Under the pieces are notes generated by a model. The model ran no database searches and was not told the origin of the DNA. It saw only the letters and a program-made list of their open reading frames with translations. A program made the position numbers and the translations under genes. 64,000 nucleotides of DNA, from positions 311,666 through 375,665 of the forward strand of contig JAVCCW010000029.1 in assembly GCA_030765235.1 (NCBI GenBank), written 5' to 3'. Origin of the DNA: Candidatus Gorgyraea atricola (GTDB lineage: Bacteria; Omnitrophota; Gorgyraeia; Gorgyraeales; Gorgyraeaceae). This document shows positions 39,558-48,795 of this stretch, piece after piece (positions within the stretch are counted from its first letter, which is position 1; every line of letters starts with the position of its first letter).

Positions 39558-40709
39558 ATGGGATTTGAATTAAGTGAGAGAGTAAAAAGGCTTCCGCCTT
39601 ATTTGTTTGTGGAGATCGATAAGGCGAAACGAAAAGCCAGGGCTGAAGGAAGAGACATAATAGATCTTGGGATCGGGGATCCTGATGAGGCCTCGCCAAA
39701 AGAGGTGGTGGATGTTTTCTGTAAAGCAGCAGGAGATCCAAAAAATCAACGCTATCCTTTGGATGAAGGGATACCAGCCCTAAGGAATAAAATAGCAGAG
39801 TGGTACAAGACCAGATTCAGCGTTACGCTGGATCCTGATAAAGAGGTGCTTGTTCTTATAGGCTCAAAAGAGGGAATAGCACATATGCCTTTGGCATTTA
39901 TTAATCCAGGAGATGTCTCGCTTGTGCCTGATCCTTGCTACCCTCCGTATAAAAGCGGGACTATTCTTGCCGGAGGAAAAGTGCATACAATGCCTCTTTT
40001 AGAGGAGAATAATTTTTTACCGGATTTAAAGCCTGTAAAAAAAGCAAAACTGCTCTATATAAATTATCCGAATAATCCTACGAGTGCTGTGTGTGACAAA
40101 AGATTTTTTGAAGACGCAGTGCTTTTCGCAAGAAAAAACAATGTTATTGTTGCGCATGACGCGGCATATTCTGAAATAGCATTTGATGGATATAGACCTG
40201 AGAGCTTCTTAAAAGTAGCTGGCGCAAAAGAACTGGGCGTTGAATTTCATTCTCTGTCCAAGACCTGTAATATGACTGGATGGCGCATTGGCTTTGTGTG
40301 CGGTAATGAGAAAATTATATCAGCCATAGCCAAAGTAAAATCCAACATCGACTCGGGCGCGTTCAATGCTATTCAAGTCGCTGGTATAACTGCTCTGGAT
40401 ATAGCAGAGAAACATACGCAGAGGATGAATAAGATCTATCAAGAGCGGCGTGACGTGCTTGTAGACGGCCTGAATAAAATTGGCTGGGCAACAAGAAAGC
40501 CAAAAGCAACTTTTTATGTCTGGACTCGGATCCCAAAGCAGTATAAATCATCTATTGAATTTGCCGAAATGGTACTTGAAAAAGCAAATATAGTTATTAC
40601 TCCAGGCATAGGCATGGGAGAAAGCGGCGAAGGATACGTGCGTATGGCGCTCACTGTTTCAAAGGAGCGGATGTTGGAGGCGGTGGAGAGGCTGAGGAAG
40701 ATACTTTAA
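39558..40709 (+). CDS. dapL: class-I PLP aminotransferase, probably LL-diaminopimelate aminotransferase
   Basis: RLPPYLFVEIDKAK N-terminus typical of DapL-family enzymes; follows lysA-dapF-dapA-dapB with no dapD/dapE in the window. Confidence 0.55.
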   Translation: MGFELSERVKRLPPYLFVEIDKAKRKARAEGRDIIDLGIGDPDEASPKEVVDVFCKAAGDPKNQRYPLDEGIPALRNKIAEWYKTRFSVTLDPDKEVLVLIGSKEGIAHMPLAFINPGDVSLVPDPCYPPYKSGTILAGGKVHTMPLLEENNFLPDLKPVKKAKLLYINYPNNPTSAVCDKRFFEDAVLFARKNNVIVAHDAAYSEIAFDGYRPESFLKVAGAKELGVEFHSLSKTCNMTGWRIGFVCGNEKIISAIAKVKSNIDSGAFNAIQVAGITALDIAEKHTQRMNKIYQERRDVLVDGLNKIGWATRKPKATFYVWTRIPKQYKSSIEFAEMVLEKANIVITPGIGMGESGEGYVRMALTVSKERMLEAVERLRKIL

Positions 40710-40710
40710 A

Positions 40711-40782
40711 GTGACAAGGGACAAGAGACAAGAGACAAGGGAGTTAGATACTCCTTGTCCCATGTCCCTTGTTGCTTGTCCC
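40711..40782. repeat. heptamer-repeat hairpin element (GTGACAA GGGACAA GAGACAA GAGACAA GGGA - loop - reverse-complement arm), upstream of folK
   Basis: gtgacaagggacaagagacaagagacaagggagttagatactccttgtcccatgtcccttgttgcttgtcc. Confidence 0.65.
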
Positions 40783-40789
40783 TGATATT

Positions 40790-41233
40790 ATGCATTGCTA
40801 CATAGGCATTGGCTCAAATCTAGGCAATAGACGCAAGAACATTGATGCTGCGATAGAGAGATTGCAGCAGGCAAAAGAGATCGAGGTCAAAAAAATCTCG
40901 AGTGTATACGAGACAGAGCCAGTGGGCGGGCCAAAACAGTCTGATTATCTGAACGCTGCCATAGAAATCAACACAACATTTGGACCAAGAGAGCTTCTTG
41001 CAGCTTTACGCGAGATAGAAGATCATCTTGACAGAGAAAGATCAGTCAAGGATGGACCGCGTACCATTGATCTAGACATATTGACTTACGGTGATGAAAA
41101 AATAGATGAACCAGATCTAAAGATCCCACATCCAAGAATGAATGAACGAGAGTTTGTGCAGAAGCCTTTGAGGGATATCCAGGGAGGGACAAGAAGTGAC
41201 AAGGGACAAGAGACAAGGGACAAGGGGGTTTAG
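40790..41233 (+). CDS. folK: 2-amino-4-hydroxy-6-hydroxymethyldihydropteridine pyrophosphokinase (HPPK)
   Basis: YIGIGSNLGNRRKNI and TIDLDIL motifs; C-terminal 16 residues (GGTRSDKGQETRDKGV) are encoded by the downstream repeat element. Confidence 0.8.
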   Translation: MHCYIGIGSNLGNRRKNIDAAIERLQQAKEIEVKKISSVYETEPVGGPKQSDYLNAAIEINTTFGPRELLAALREIEDHLDRERSVKDGPRTIDLDILTYGDEKIDEPDLKIPHPRMNEREFVQKPLRDIQGGTRSDKGQETRDKGV

Positions 41234-41261
41234 ATGCTCCTTGTCCCATGTCCCTTGTTGC
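41183..41261. repeat. second copy of the GACAA-type heptamer hairpin, same orientation, downstream of and overlapping the 3' end of folK
   Basis: gggacaagaagtgacaagggacaagagacaagggacaagggggtttagatgctccttgtcccatgtcccttgttgc; loop TTAGAT as in the first copy. Confidence 0.65.
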
Positions 41262-41267
41262 TAAAGT

Positions 41268-42098
41268 ATGAAAATATACAGAAGCATCAAGCCATTGATT
41301 AATCTGAAAGGGAAAAAGGGAACCATTGGCCTTGTTCCTACCATGGGTTTTCTGCACGGGGGCCATTTGAGCCTGATAAGAAGGGCGAGAAAAGATACAG
41401 ATCGTGTTGTCGTGAGTATTTTTGTAAATCCTACTCAATTCGGTCCAAAAGAGGACCTTAAGAAGTACCCAAGAGACTTGAATCGTGATCTAAGACTTTG
41501 CAGAAAAGAAGGCGTTGACATTGTATTTATCCCTACAGCCAGGACCATTTATGCAAATGGATTTTCAACATATGTAAATGTCGGAAATATTGCAGGAACT
41601 CTTTGTGGCGCCTCAAGACCAGGCCATTTTAAGGGCGTTGCAACAGTTGTGGCTAAACTTTTTAATATTGTACAGCCAGACATAGCATACTTTGGCCAAA
41701 AAGACGCGCAGCAGGCCATTGTGATAAAGAAAATGGTAGAAGATCTAAATATACCGATAAAGATAAAGGTCATGCCTATAGTGCGAGAGAAAGACGGCCT
41801 TGCAATGAGCTCGCGAAATCTCTATTTATCTCCCCAGGAACGCCGAGAAGCCCTCTCATTATATAAATCCTTAAAATTAGCAAAGACTCTTTACAGAAAA
41901 GGCGAAAGGGATTCGAGAAACATAATCAAAATGATACAGAAGGAAATCCTTAAAGAGTCTAATGCGAAGATAGACTATGTCTCTATAGTAGATACAAAGA
42001 ATCTTAAACCATTGGATAGAATTTCTAATAAGGCCTTAGTTGCTGTTGCAGCTAAAATTGGCAAGACAAGACTGATCGACAATGCCATTTTAAATTAA
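41268..42098 (+). CDS. panC: pantoate--beta-alanine ligase
   Basis: GLVPTMGFLHGGHLSLI HIGH-type motif. Confidence 0.9.
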   Translation: MKIYRSIKPLINLKGKKGTIGLVPTMGFLHGGHLSLIRRARKDTDRVVVSIFVNPTQFGPKEDLKKYPRDLNRDLRLCRKEGVDIVFIPTARTIYANGFSTYVNVGNIAGTLCGASRPGHFKGVATVVAKLFNIVQPDIAYFGQKDAQQAIVIKKMVEDLNIPIKIKVMPIVREKDGLAMSSRNLYLSPQERREALSLYKSLKLAKTLYRKGERDSRNIIKMIQKEILKESNAKIDYVSIVDTKNLKPLDRISNKALVAVAAKIGKTRLIDNAILN

Positions 42099-42112
42099 AG
42101 GGGGCAGGGATA

Positions 42113-42469
42113 ATGTTTCGTACAATATTAAAATCAAAGATACATGGCGCAAGGGTCACAGAGGCAAATGTTGACTATGCGGGCAGCATTACGATAGACA
42201 CAGGGCTTTTAGAGGCCGTTGATGTTATAGCCAATGAAAAGGTACAGATCGTCAATCTAAACAACGGCATGAGAATGGAGACCTATGTCATACCAGGAGA
42301 AAAAGGTTCGGGTATAATCGGGATGAATGGCGGAGTTGCCATGCACGCCAAAATAGGAGACAAGCTTCTTATAATGTCATATATACAGATCGAGACAAAG
42401 GACGCGATTTCCTATAGACCAAAGATCATTTTCACCGATGATAAAAACAAAATAACAGGTAAAAAATGA
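42113..42469 (+). CDS. panD: aspartate 1-decarboxylase
   Basis: MFRTILKSKIHGARVTEANVDYAGSITID with the G-S self-cleavage site. Confidence 0.9.
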   Translation: MFRTILKSKIHGARVTEANVDYAGSITIDTGLLEAVDVIANEKVQIVNLNNGMRMETYVIPGEKGSGIIGMNGGVAMHAKIGDKLLIMSYIQIETKDAISYRPKIIFTDDKNKITGKK

Positions 42470-43428
42470 TGGACGAGATCAAATACAAGGAAAATCTAAA
42501 GAAAAAGATACGTAAGCTTAAGAAAGAGAAGCATGCTGTAATAATCGTGCATAATTACCAGCGGGACGAGATCCAGGATATCGCAGACATAAGCGGTGAT
42601 TCGCTTGGCTTGAGCCAGGCAGCAGTACGGGCAGATGCCAAGGTGATCGTATTTTGCGGCGTGGATTTTATGGCAGAAAGCGCATCAATACTGAATCCTG
42701 ACAAGATCGTACTTTTGCCAGTAAAAGAGGCAGGCTGTCCAATGGCAGATATGGTCACTGTAGAGAGGCTCAGGGAAAAGAAAAAGGAATATCCTAACGC
42801 TGCTACTGTATGCTATGTAAATACCTCTGCGGAAATCAAGGCAGAGAGTGATATATGCTGTACATCCTCAAATGCCATTCAAGTCGTAAATTCCCTTAAA
42901 GATCATAAAGAGATCATATTTATCCCTGATAAGAATTTAGGCAGATATGTTCAGGCCAATGTGCCTGATAAAAAGATCATTCTGTGGGAGGGTTTTTGCC
43001 CTACTCATATACGCGTTTCAAAGGAAGAGGTCTTAAGGTCAAAGAAAGAGCATCCAGAGGCAGTGGTGCTGGCCCATCCAGAATGCAATCCAGATGTACT
43101 TTCTGTCAGCGACCATATCTGCTCGACAGGCGGTATGTTTAAATTTGTGGAAAAGTCCAAGGATAAATCTTTTATTATAGTTACAGAGACAGGTATGCTC
43201 TATGGACTAAATAAGAAAAACCCTGACAAGAATTTTTACGTGCCTACAGAGAGGCTCGTATGCCCGACAATGAAACTTACGACATTGGGATGGGTTGCGC
43301 ATTCTCTCGAGACAATGGAACACCAGATCAAGATCACAGGAGAGATAAGAGAAAAGTCATACAAATCTTTGATGCGCATGCTTAAAGTCTCTGGCGAGAA
43401 ATCAGGGGCAGCAATATCAGGTGTCTAG
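42466..43428 (+). CDS. nadA: quinolinate synthase A
   Basis: HNYQ motif and three Cys for the 4Fe-4S cluster; 320 aa. Confidence 0.85.
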   Translation: MMDEIKYKENLKKKIRKLKKEKHAVIIVHNYQRDEIQDIADISGDSLGLSQAAVRADAKVIVFCGVDFMAESASILNPDKIVLLPVKEAGCPMADMVTVERLREKKKEYPNAATVCYVNTSAEIKAESDICCTSSNAIQVVNSLKDHKEIIFIPDKNLGRYVQANVPDKKIILWEGFCPTHIRVSKEEVLRSKKEHPEAVVLAHPECNPDVLSVSDHICSTGGMFKFVEKSKDKSFIIVTETGMLYGLNKKNPDKNFYVPTERLVCPTMKLTTLGWVAHSLETMEHQIKITGEIREKSYKSLMRMLKVSGEKSGAAISGV

Positions 43429-44194
43429 TATGAAAAAAATAGGAATAATCGGCTGTGGCGCAATAGGAACAGGCATTGCAGAGTTTATCCAGCAAAACCT
43501 TAGAAAAAAGGCAAAGATCGTGGCGCTTTGCGATCTAGACATCAAGAAAGCGCGATCCCTCTCCAAAAAGATAAAACCTTGTCCACAAGTCATCAATATC
43601 GATCGTCTAATAAAAAAATGTGATCTGATAATAGAAGCAGCCAGCCCCAAGATATCAGGAAAGATAGCGCAAAAGGCAGTCTTACACAAAAAAGAGGTCC
43701 TTATAATGAGTACAGGGGGGCTTTTGAAATTCAAAGACATAAAGTCAGTGCATATCCCCAGTGGCGCTGTTTGTGGCATAGATGGAATCCGGGCTGCAGC
43801 TATTGGAAAGATCAAAAGAGTAACATTGACCACTAGAAAACCTCCAAGAGGACTAAGAGGCGCGCCGTATTTGGAAAAAAGAAAGATAGATATAGATAAG
43901 ATCAAGAAAGAGACTGTAATATATGATGGGACTGCAACAGATGCTGTAAAACATTTCCCAAAGAACATCAATGTGGCAGCGACGCTGAGCCTTTCAGGAA
44001 TAGGGCCTGATCGCACAAAGGTACGAATAGTTACATCCCCAAAATATAAGACAAATTCGCACGAGGTCGAAGTCGAGGGTGAGTTTGGGAGACTTTTTAC
44101 AAAGACCGAGAATGTGCCCTCTAAACAAAACCCAAAAACGAGTCAACTTGCCATATTTTCAGCGCTTGCGAAGTTAAAAGAGGTAATATCATGA
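43421..44194 (+). CDS. nadX: L-aspartate dehydrogenase
   Basis: [19 protein letters not shown] Rossmann start; ~257 aa, Thermotoga NadX-like; adjacent to nadA. Confidence 0.7.
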   Translation: MSSMKKIGIIGCGAIGTGIAEFIQQNLRKKAKIVALCDLDIKKARSLSKKIKPCPQVINIDRLIKKCDLIIEAASPKISGKIAQKAVLHKKEVLIMSTGGLLKFKDIKSVHIPSGAVCGIDGIRAAAIGKIKRVTLTTRKPPRGLRGAPYLEKRKIDIDKIKKETVIYDGTATDAVKHFPKNINVAATLSLSGIGPDRTKVRIVTSPKYKTNSHEVEVEGEFGRLFTKTENVPSKQNPKTSQLAIFSALAKLKEVIS

Positions 44195-44334
44195 AGGATA
44201 AGTGCAAGAATTTCGATAAAAACATGAAGGATTGTCCGTGTACGTATGAGCCGTGCTCGAGAAAAGGTTTTTGCTGCGAATGCCTGCAGTATCATCTGAA
44301 GAACGGCGGGCTACCGGCATGCATTAATAAATAA
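44191..44334 (+). CDS. small cysteine-rich protein (47 aa, 8 Cys)
   Basis: [47 protein letters not shown]; start overlaps nadX stop (ATGA); below the ORF-track length cutoff. Confidence 0.4.
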   Translation: MKDKCKNFDKNMKDCPCTYEPCSRKGFCCECLQYHLKNGGLPACINK

Positions 44335-44365
44335 CAAAAATAAAATAGAGGGGAGGTGAGACAGA

Positions 44366-44494
44366 ATGGCAGAAAAAGTCCTGAAATGCGGCGTAAAGAA
44401 GGCAAAGGGATATCTTTATTTCATCGATAAGAAGGGAGATATTTCCAGAGCAAAGATGGCACGCGGTGGAAAGAAAAAGAAGAAGAGAAGATAA
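44366..44494 (+). CDS. small basic protein (42 aa), hypothetical
   Basis: GGGAGGTGA Shine-Dalgarno then MAEKVLKCGVKKAKGYLYFIDKKGDISRAKMARGGKKKKKRR. Confidence 0.35.
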   Translation: MAEKVLKCGVKKAKGYLYFIDKKGDISRAKMARGGKKKKKRR

Positions 44495-44506
44495 GAAAGC
44501 AACAAT

Positions 44507-44578
44507 CCCCTCGGGGGAGGGGACAGCGACCATTTTTTCTAGATAAAAAATGGTCGCTGTCCCCCTTTCCCCGAGGGG
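44507..44578. terminator. long imperfect palindrome CCCCTCGGGGGAGGGGACAGCGACCATTTTTT-ctaga-TAAAAAATGGTCGCTGTCCCCCTTTCCCCGAGGGG
   Basis: ~33-bp arms; likely bidirectional terminator between the small-protein genes and uvrA. Confidence 0.55.
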
Positions 44579-44678
44579 CATCTTTAATATGCGAGCAATA
44601 GTAATAATCCTGGCATTTGTACTCCTTTTTATATTCCAGATAAATACTGTAGTAAGCGTAGATTTATGGCGGATCCTA

Positions 44679-44703
44679 AGGTCTTGCTTTAAATGTAAAG
44701 TTA
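44679..44703 (+). promoter_or_regulatory. 25-mer AGGTCTTGCTTTAAATGTAAAGTTA, 7 nt upstream of uvrA start; identical copy at 24313-24337
   Basis: exact repeat; contains the near-palindrome CTTTAAATGTAAAG. Confidence 0.4.
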
Positions 44704-44709
44704 AGGGTT

Positions 44710-47496
44710 ATGGGCGAGAAGTGTATTCGGATAGTTGGGGCAAAGGAACATAATCTTAAGAATATTAGTCTGGATATTCCGCGGAACAGGCTTACTGTGA
44801 TTACTGGCTTGAGCGGTTCAGGTAAGTCCTCGCTTGCATTTGATACGATATATGCAGAAGGTCAGCGCAGGTATGTGGAGAGTCTTTCTGCTTACGCGCG
44901 TCAGTTTTTAGAGCAGCTCGAGAAGCCTGATGTAGAGCATATCGAGGGCATGTCTCCTGCGATCTCGATCGAGCAGCGCAGCGCTGGCAGCAATCCCCGC
45001 TCTACAGTAGGCACCACGACTGAGCTTTATGATTATCTGCGCCTGCTTTTCAGCCGCATTGGCACGCCTTACTGTTATAAATGTGGTAAAAAAATAATCC
45101 AGCAGAGTCAGGACGAGATAATAGACAGGATATTGAAATATCCTAAAGGTACGGCGCTTTTGATATTGGCGCCTGTAATAAGAGGCAGAAAAGGTGAATA
45201 TTATAATCTCTTTAAGGAATTAAAAAAGCAGGGGTTTGTCAGAGTGAGGGTAGATGGAGATATAAAATCCCTGGATGATAAAATAAAATTAGATAAGAAG
45301 AAAAAACATAATATAGAGGTCGTGATCGATAGGCTCGTGATGGATAAGGATATCAGAAACAGACTTTCTGATTCTGTAGAGATCGCATTAAAGGCTGGTA
45401 AGGGGCTTTTATTGGTCTCAAAGGTCGAGACTAAAGAAGAAATTTTATTCAGCGCGCTGTACTCCTGTCCTAATTGTGGTATAAGCTATGAGGAGATCGA
45501 ACCAAGGATATTTTCTTTTAATAGTCCTTATGGCGCGTGCAAGGCATGCGCTGGGCTTGGCACAAAGATGGAGATAGACGCGGATTTAGTAATACCTGAT
45601 AAGTCAAAGTCATTAAGAGAGGCAATAAAACCATGGCGCGTGGGCGGTAAAAGAATAGTCCTTCACTATAGAAGGTTATTAAGAAGAATGGGCGCTGAGT
45701 ATGGTTTTGATATAGACACGCCTTTTAACAAGATCCCCGGAGAAGTCAGGGATATTATCCTCCATGGTACAAAAGGAAGTAACTGGGGGAGATTCGAGGG
45801 TGTGATACCAAATCTCTTGAGGCGTCTCAAGGTGACAGACAGTGAATTCATGCGGCAGGAGATCAATAAGTATACCAATGAAAGCGAATGCCCGGACTGC
45901 AAAGGAAAACGGCTAAGACATGAGAGTCTCTCAATAAAGATAAATGAAAAATCCATAAGCGATATAACAAAACTTTCAATAAAAGACGCGAAAGAATTTT
46001 TCTTAGAATTAAGGCTTTCAACAAAACAAGAAAAGATAGCGCATCAGATCTTAAAAGAGATAAGGGAGCGCCTGGGGTTTATGGCCAATGTAGGCCTGGA
46101 GTACCTTACAGTAGACAGGCGTAGCTCTACGCTTTCAGGTGGAGAGGCGCAGAGGATAAGGCTTGCCACGCAGATAGGCGCAGGCCTTGTTGGTGTGGTC
46201 TATATCCTGGATGAACCAAGCATTGGACTACATCAGAAGGACAATTCGAAATTACTTGATACCTTAAAGGCGTTAAGGGATTTAGGAAATACTTTAATAG
46301 TTGTTGAGCATGATGAGGCTACGATAAGGAATGCCGATCATATTATTGATCTTGGGCCAGGCGCAGGAAGGCATGGGGGCCATATTGTAGCGCAGGGCAA
46401 GATCGAAGATATTTTAAACTCTAAAGAATCTCTTACAGGAAAGTATCTGCGCGGTAAATTAAAGATAAAGGCGCCAAAGAAAAGAAGAAAAGAGAATAAA
46501 GATAAGCAGCTTATCATACGAGGCGCAAGAGAGCATAATCTGAAAAACATAGATGTAAAGATTCCGCTTGGCCTTTTTGTCTGTGTCACAGGTGTTTCAG
46601 GTTCAGGTAAGAGTACGCTCGTTGACGATATACTTTACAGGGCCTTGGCAAAACATGTTTATGGATCCAGACAGAAACCTGGTTTGCATGAAAAGATAGA
46701 GGGCTTGAAGAATATAGACAAGGTCGTGGTTGTGGATCAGAGTCCTATCGGCAGAACTCCACGTTCTAATCCTGCTACGTACACAGGTGTTTTTTCTTTT
46801 ATCAGGAATCTTTATTCAAGGCTGCCAGAGTCTCGCATGAGAGGCTATGGTCCTGGTAGATTTAGTTTTAATGTAAAAGGCGGTCGCTGCGAGGCGTGCC
46901 AGGGCGATGGCATTAAGAAGATAGAGATGCATTTTTTGCCAGATGTCTATGTCAAGTGTGAGATCTGTGATGGCAGACGGTATAATCACGAGACACTGCA
47001 GGTTTTATATAAGGGAAAATCCATAGCAGATGTTTTAGAGATGACAGTAGAGGAGGCACTTGAACTTTTTAAGAATATCCCCCATGTCTACCAGAAGTTG
47101 AAAATACTCAATGAAGTCGGACTTGGCTACATTGAACTCGGCCAATTCGCAACTACGCTTTCAGGTGGCGAGGCGCAGCGCGTGAAACTCACAACAGAGC
47201 TTTCAAAGATCGGCACAGGCAAGACACTCTATATTCTTGACGAACCTACAACAGGCCTTCACTTTGCTGACATTGACAAGCTCCTAAATGTCCTCCATGC
47301 ATTAGTAGAAGCAAAGAACACCGTCCTTGTCATAGAACACAACTTAGACGTAATAAAATCCGCAGACCACATAATAGATCTAGGCCCAGGCGGCGGCGAC
47401 TCCGGCGGCCAAATAGTAGCCACTGGCCCCCCAGAAAAAATAGCCAAAACCCCATCCTCATACACAGGCGAATACTTAAAAACCCGTCTCTCGTAA
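44710..47496 (+). CDS. uvrA: excinuclease ABC subunit A
   Basis: two ABC ATPase modules ([23 protein letters not shown]), zinc-finger Cys motifs; 928 aa. Confidence 0.95.
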   Translation: MGEKCIRIVGAKEHNLKNISLDIPRNRLTVITGLSGSGKSSLAFDTIYAEGQRRYVESLSAYARQFLEQLEKPDVEHIEGMSPAISIEQRSAGSNPRSTVGTTTELYDYLRLLFSRIGTPYCYKCGKKIIQQSQDEIIDRILKYPKGTALLILAPVIRGRKGEYYNLFKELKKQGFVRVRVDGDIKSLDDKIKLDKKKKHNIEVVIDRLVMDKDIRNRLSDSVEIALKAGKGLLLVSKVETKEEILFSALYSCPNCGISYEEIEPRIFSFNSPYGACKACAGLGTKMEIDADLVIPDKSKSLREAIKPWRVGGKRIVLHYRRLLRRMGAEYGFDIDTPFNKIPGEVRDIILHGTKGSNWGRFEGVIPNLLRRLKVTDSEFMRQEINKYTNESECPDCKGKRLRHESLSIKINEKSISDITKLSIKDAKEFFLELRLSTKQEKIAHQILKEIRERLGFMANVGLEYLTVDRRSSTLSGGEAQRIRLATQIGAGLVGVVYILDEPSIGLHQKDNSKLLDTLKALRDLGNTLIVVEHDEATIRNADHIIDLGPGAGRHGGHIVAQGKIEDILNSKESLTGKYLRGKLKIKAPKKRRKENKDKQLIIRGAREHNLKNIDVKIPLGLFVCVTGVSGSGKSTLVDDILYRALAKHVYGSRQKPGLHEKIEGLKNIDKVVVVDQSPIGRTPRSNPATYTGVFSFIRNLYSRLPESRMRGYGPGRFSFNVKGGRCEACQGDGIKKIEMHFLPDVYVKCEICDGRRYNHETLQVLYKGKSIADVLEMTVEEALELFKNIPHVYQKLKILNEVGLGYIELGQFATTLSGGEAQRVKLTTELSKIGTGKTLYILDEPTTGLHFADIDKLLNVLHALVEAKNTVLVIEHNLDVIKSADHIIDLGPGGGDSGGQIVATGPPEKIAKTPSSYTGEYLKTRLS

Positions 47497-47500
47497 AAAT

Positions 47501-47863
47501 GTAACCCAAAAGCAGGCCTGCCTGCCCCGTACCAAATCGACCTGCCCCGTATCTTGCCGAAGGCAATGGTATGGGGAGATTTTGGTATGGGGGTCGCTCA
47601 GGGGAAAATTTCCCCATCCAGTATTGTGTGGCACGGGGTGTCCTGTGAGTGGGCCCCTCCGCCCGGTGTGGATCCTCCCACTCACAGGACACCCCGCGCC
47701 ACACTTATCCCATAAAAGGCTAAATTTTCAATTCGCCTGCCCCGTTCCAAATTCTTAAATATCAGCAAACAATCTATTAGAATTGTACGCGATTAGTTAC
47801 AAATAATAAATAGCTTATCTATCAGAATTTGGAACGGGGCTCCCAGGCCTCCTTTTGGGTTAC
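47501..47863. mobile_element. ~360-bp non-coding element with ~38-bp terminal inverted repeats (GTAACCCAAAAGCAGGCCTGCCTGCCCCGTACCAAAT ... GAATTTGGAACGGGGCTCCCAGGCCTCCTTTTGGGTTAC) and a GC-rich structured core
   Basis: TIRs seen directly; inner TIR portion (CCCCGTTCCAAATTC) matches the 24088-24191 element; core has a long hairpin gtggcacggggtgtcctgtgagtggg...cccactcacaggacaccccgcgccac. Confidence 0.5.
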
Positions 47864-47900
47864 ACTGTCATAGAAATATCTTCAAATATCAGCTCTTTTA

Positions 47901-47980
47901 TGGTATAATAAAAACAAATTGAGGAGAGGTTGTTTCTGCGAAGCCAAGCATGAAAATAGCTTGGCGAAGCAGAATTTTTT
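47901..47980 (+). promoter_or_regulatory. extended -10 promoter TGGTATAAT followed by a leader stem-loop + U-run (CTGCGAAGCCAAGC-atgaaaata-GCTTGGCGAAGCAG-AATTTTTT) ahead of the 47990 gene
   Basis: intrinsic-terminator-like structure in the 5' UTR; loop carries an ATG opening a 21-codon uORF with three Trp codons. Confidence 0.35.
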
Positions 47981-47989
47981 GGGTGGATT

Positions 47990-48757
47990 ATGAGGAAGAT
48001 TGGAAAAGGGTATAAACTCATTCTAATATCTATACTAATGGGGGGGGCGTTTTTATCGTCGACTCTTGCCTACCCAGTGTATGGCTTTAACCTAAGACCA
48101 GCACTTAAGTTTCAAGGTCAAAACTCTCTTGGTGAAAATTTACAAAAACTTCGTGATACAGCGGGAAAAATTGACGATGAAATTAGTAAAATTTTTATCT
48201 GCGCAGAAACGCTTTCCGAGGGCATTTCTGCGCCAAATTACTTTCATGATAAATGCATTAAAAACGAGATGTTAATCCTTGAGAAAGGTAAAAAACGTAT
48301 TTATTTAACGCGACAATTAGCTCATCTACTAGGACATTTGTTAAATGAAGTTTCTTTGTTAATTAATCATACAGTGACCAAAGATATAGCAATGCGTTAT
48401 ACAATCAGTATATGCAGAAAATTAGATGTTCTTGCAAGACTAAAAGAAAAAGATTTAATGTTAAGGTTGTTGCAAGGTAACGAAGTATTCAATATATTAG
48501 GTTATCCACCAAATAAAGGACGTATACCAAAAATAGAAAATCGTGATGCCGTTATTTCAAAAGCTCGTGAGTTAATAACTGTGTTTAAAAATGAAGTCAT
48601 AAAGGACGAGCTGTTTGAGCTAGTAAGACTCTGTGACAGAGATCCAAATTTAGTTTTGAAGAAATGGTACGGAAACGAAAATGAGGTAGCTTCAAATTCC
48701 AATATTTCTTATAAGGTAAACTTTGGTTCGGATGAAATTCATAGAACAGGATTGTGA
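47990..48757 (+). CDS. hypothetical secreted protein
   Basis: signal peptide MRKIGKGYKLILISILMGGAFLSSTLA; LRP tripeptide just after the predicted cleavage site, as in the 24355/25626 leaders; AT-rich gene. Confidence 0.5.
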   Translation: MRKIGKGYKLILISILMGGAFLSSTLAYPVYGFNLRPALKFQGQNSLGENLQKLRDTAGKIDDEISKIFICAETLSEGISAPNYFHDKCIKNEMLILEKGKKRIYLTRQLAHLLGHLLNEVSLLINHTVTKDIAMRYTISICRKLDVLARLKEKDLMLRLLQGNEVFNILGYPPNKGRIPKIENRDAVISKARELITVFKNEVIKDELFELVRLCDRDPNLVLKKWYGNENEVASNSNISYKVNFGSDEIHRTGL

Positions 48758-48795
48758 TTGGTAAGTTAGTATGGTGGAATCGAATGCCTGTCTTC

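Noticed and set aside
47497-47990. Possible tmRNA / RNase P / SRP RNA in the 490-bp non-coding stretch
   Set aside because: None of the hallmark motifs (tmRNA tRNA-like ends, RNase P P4 GGAA...ACAGAA, SRP domain IV GGAA/AGCAG) is present; the terminal inverted repeats favour a MITE-like element.
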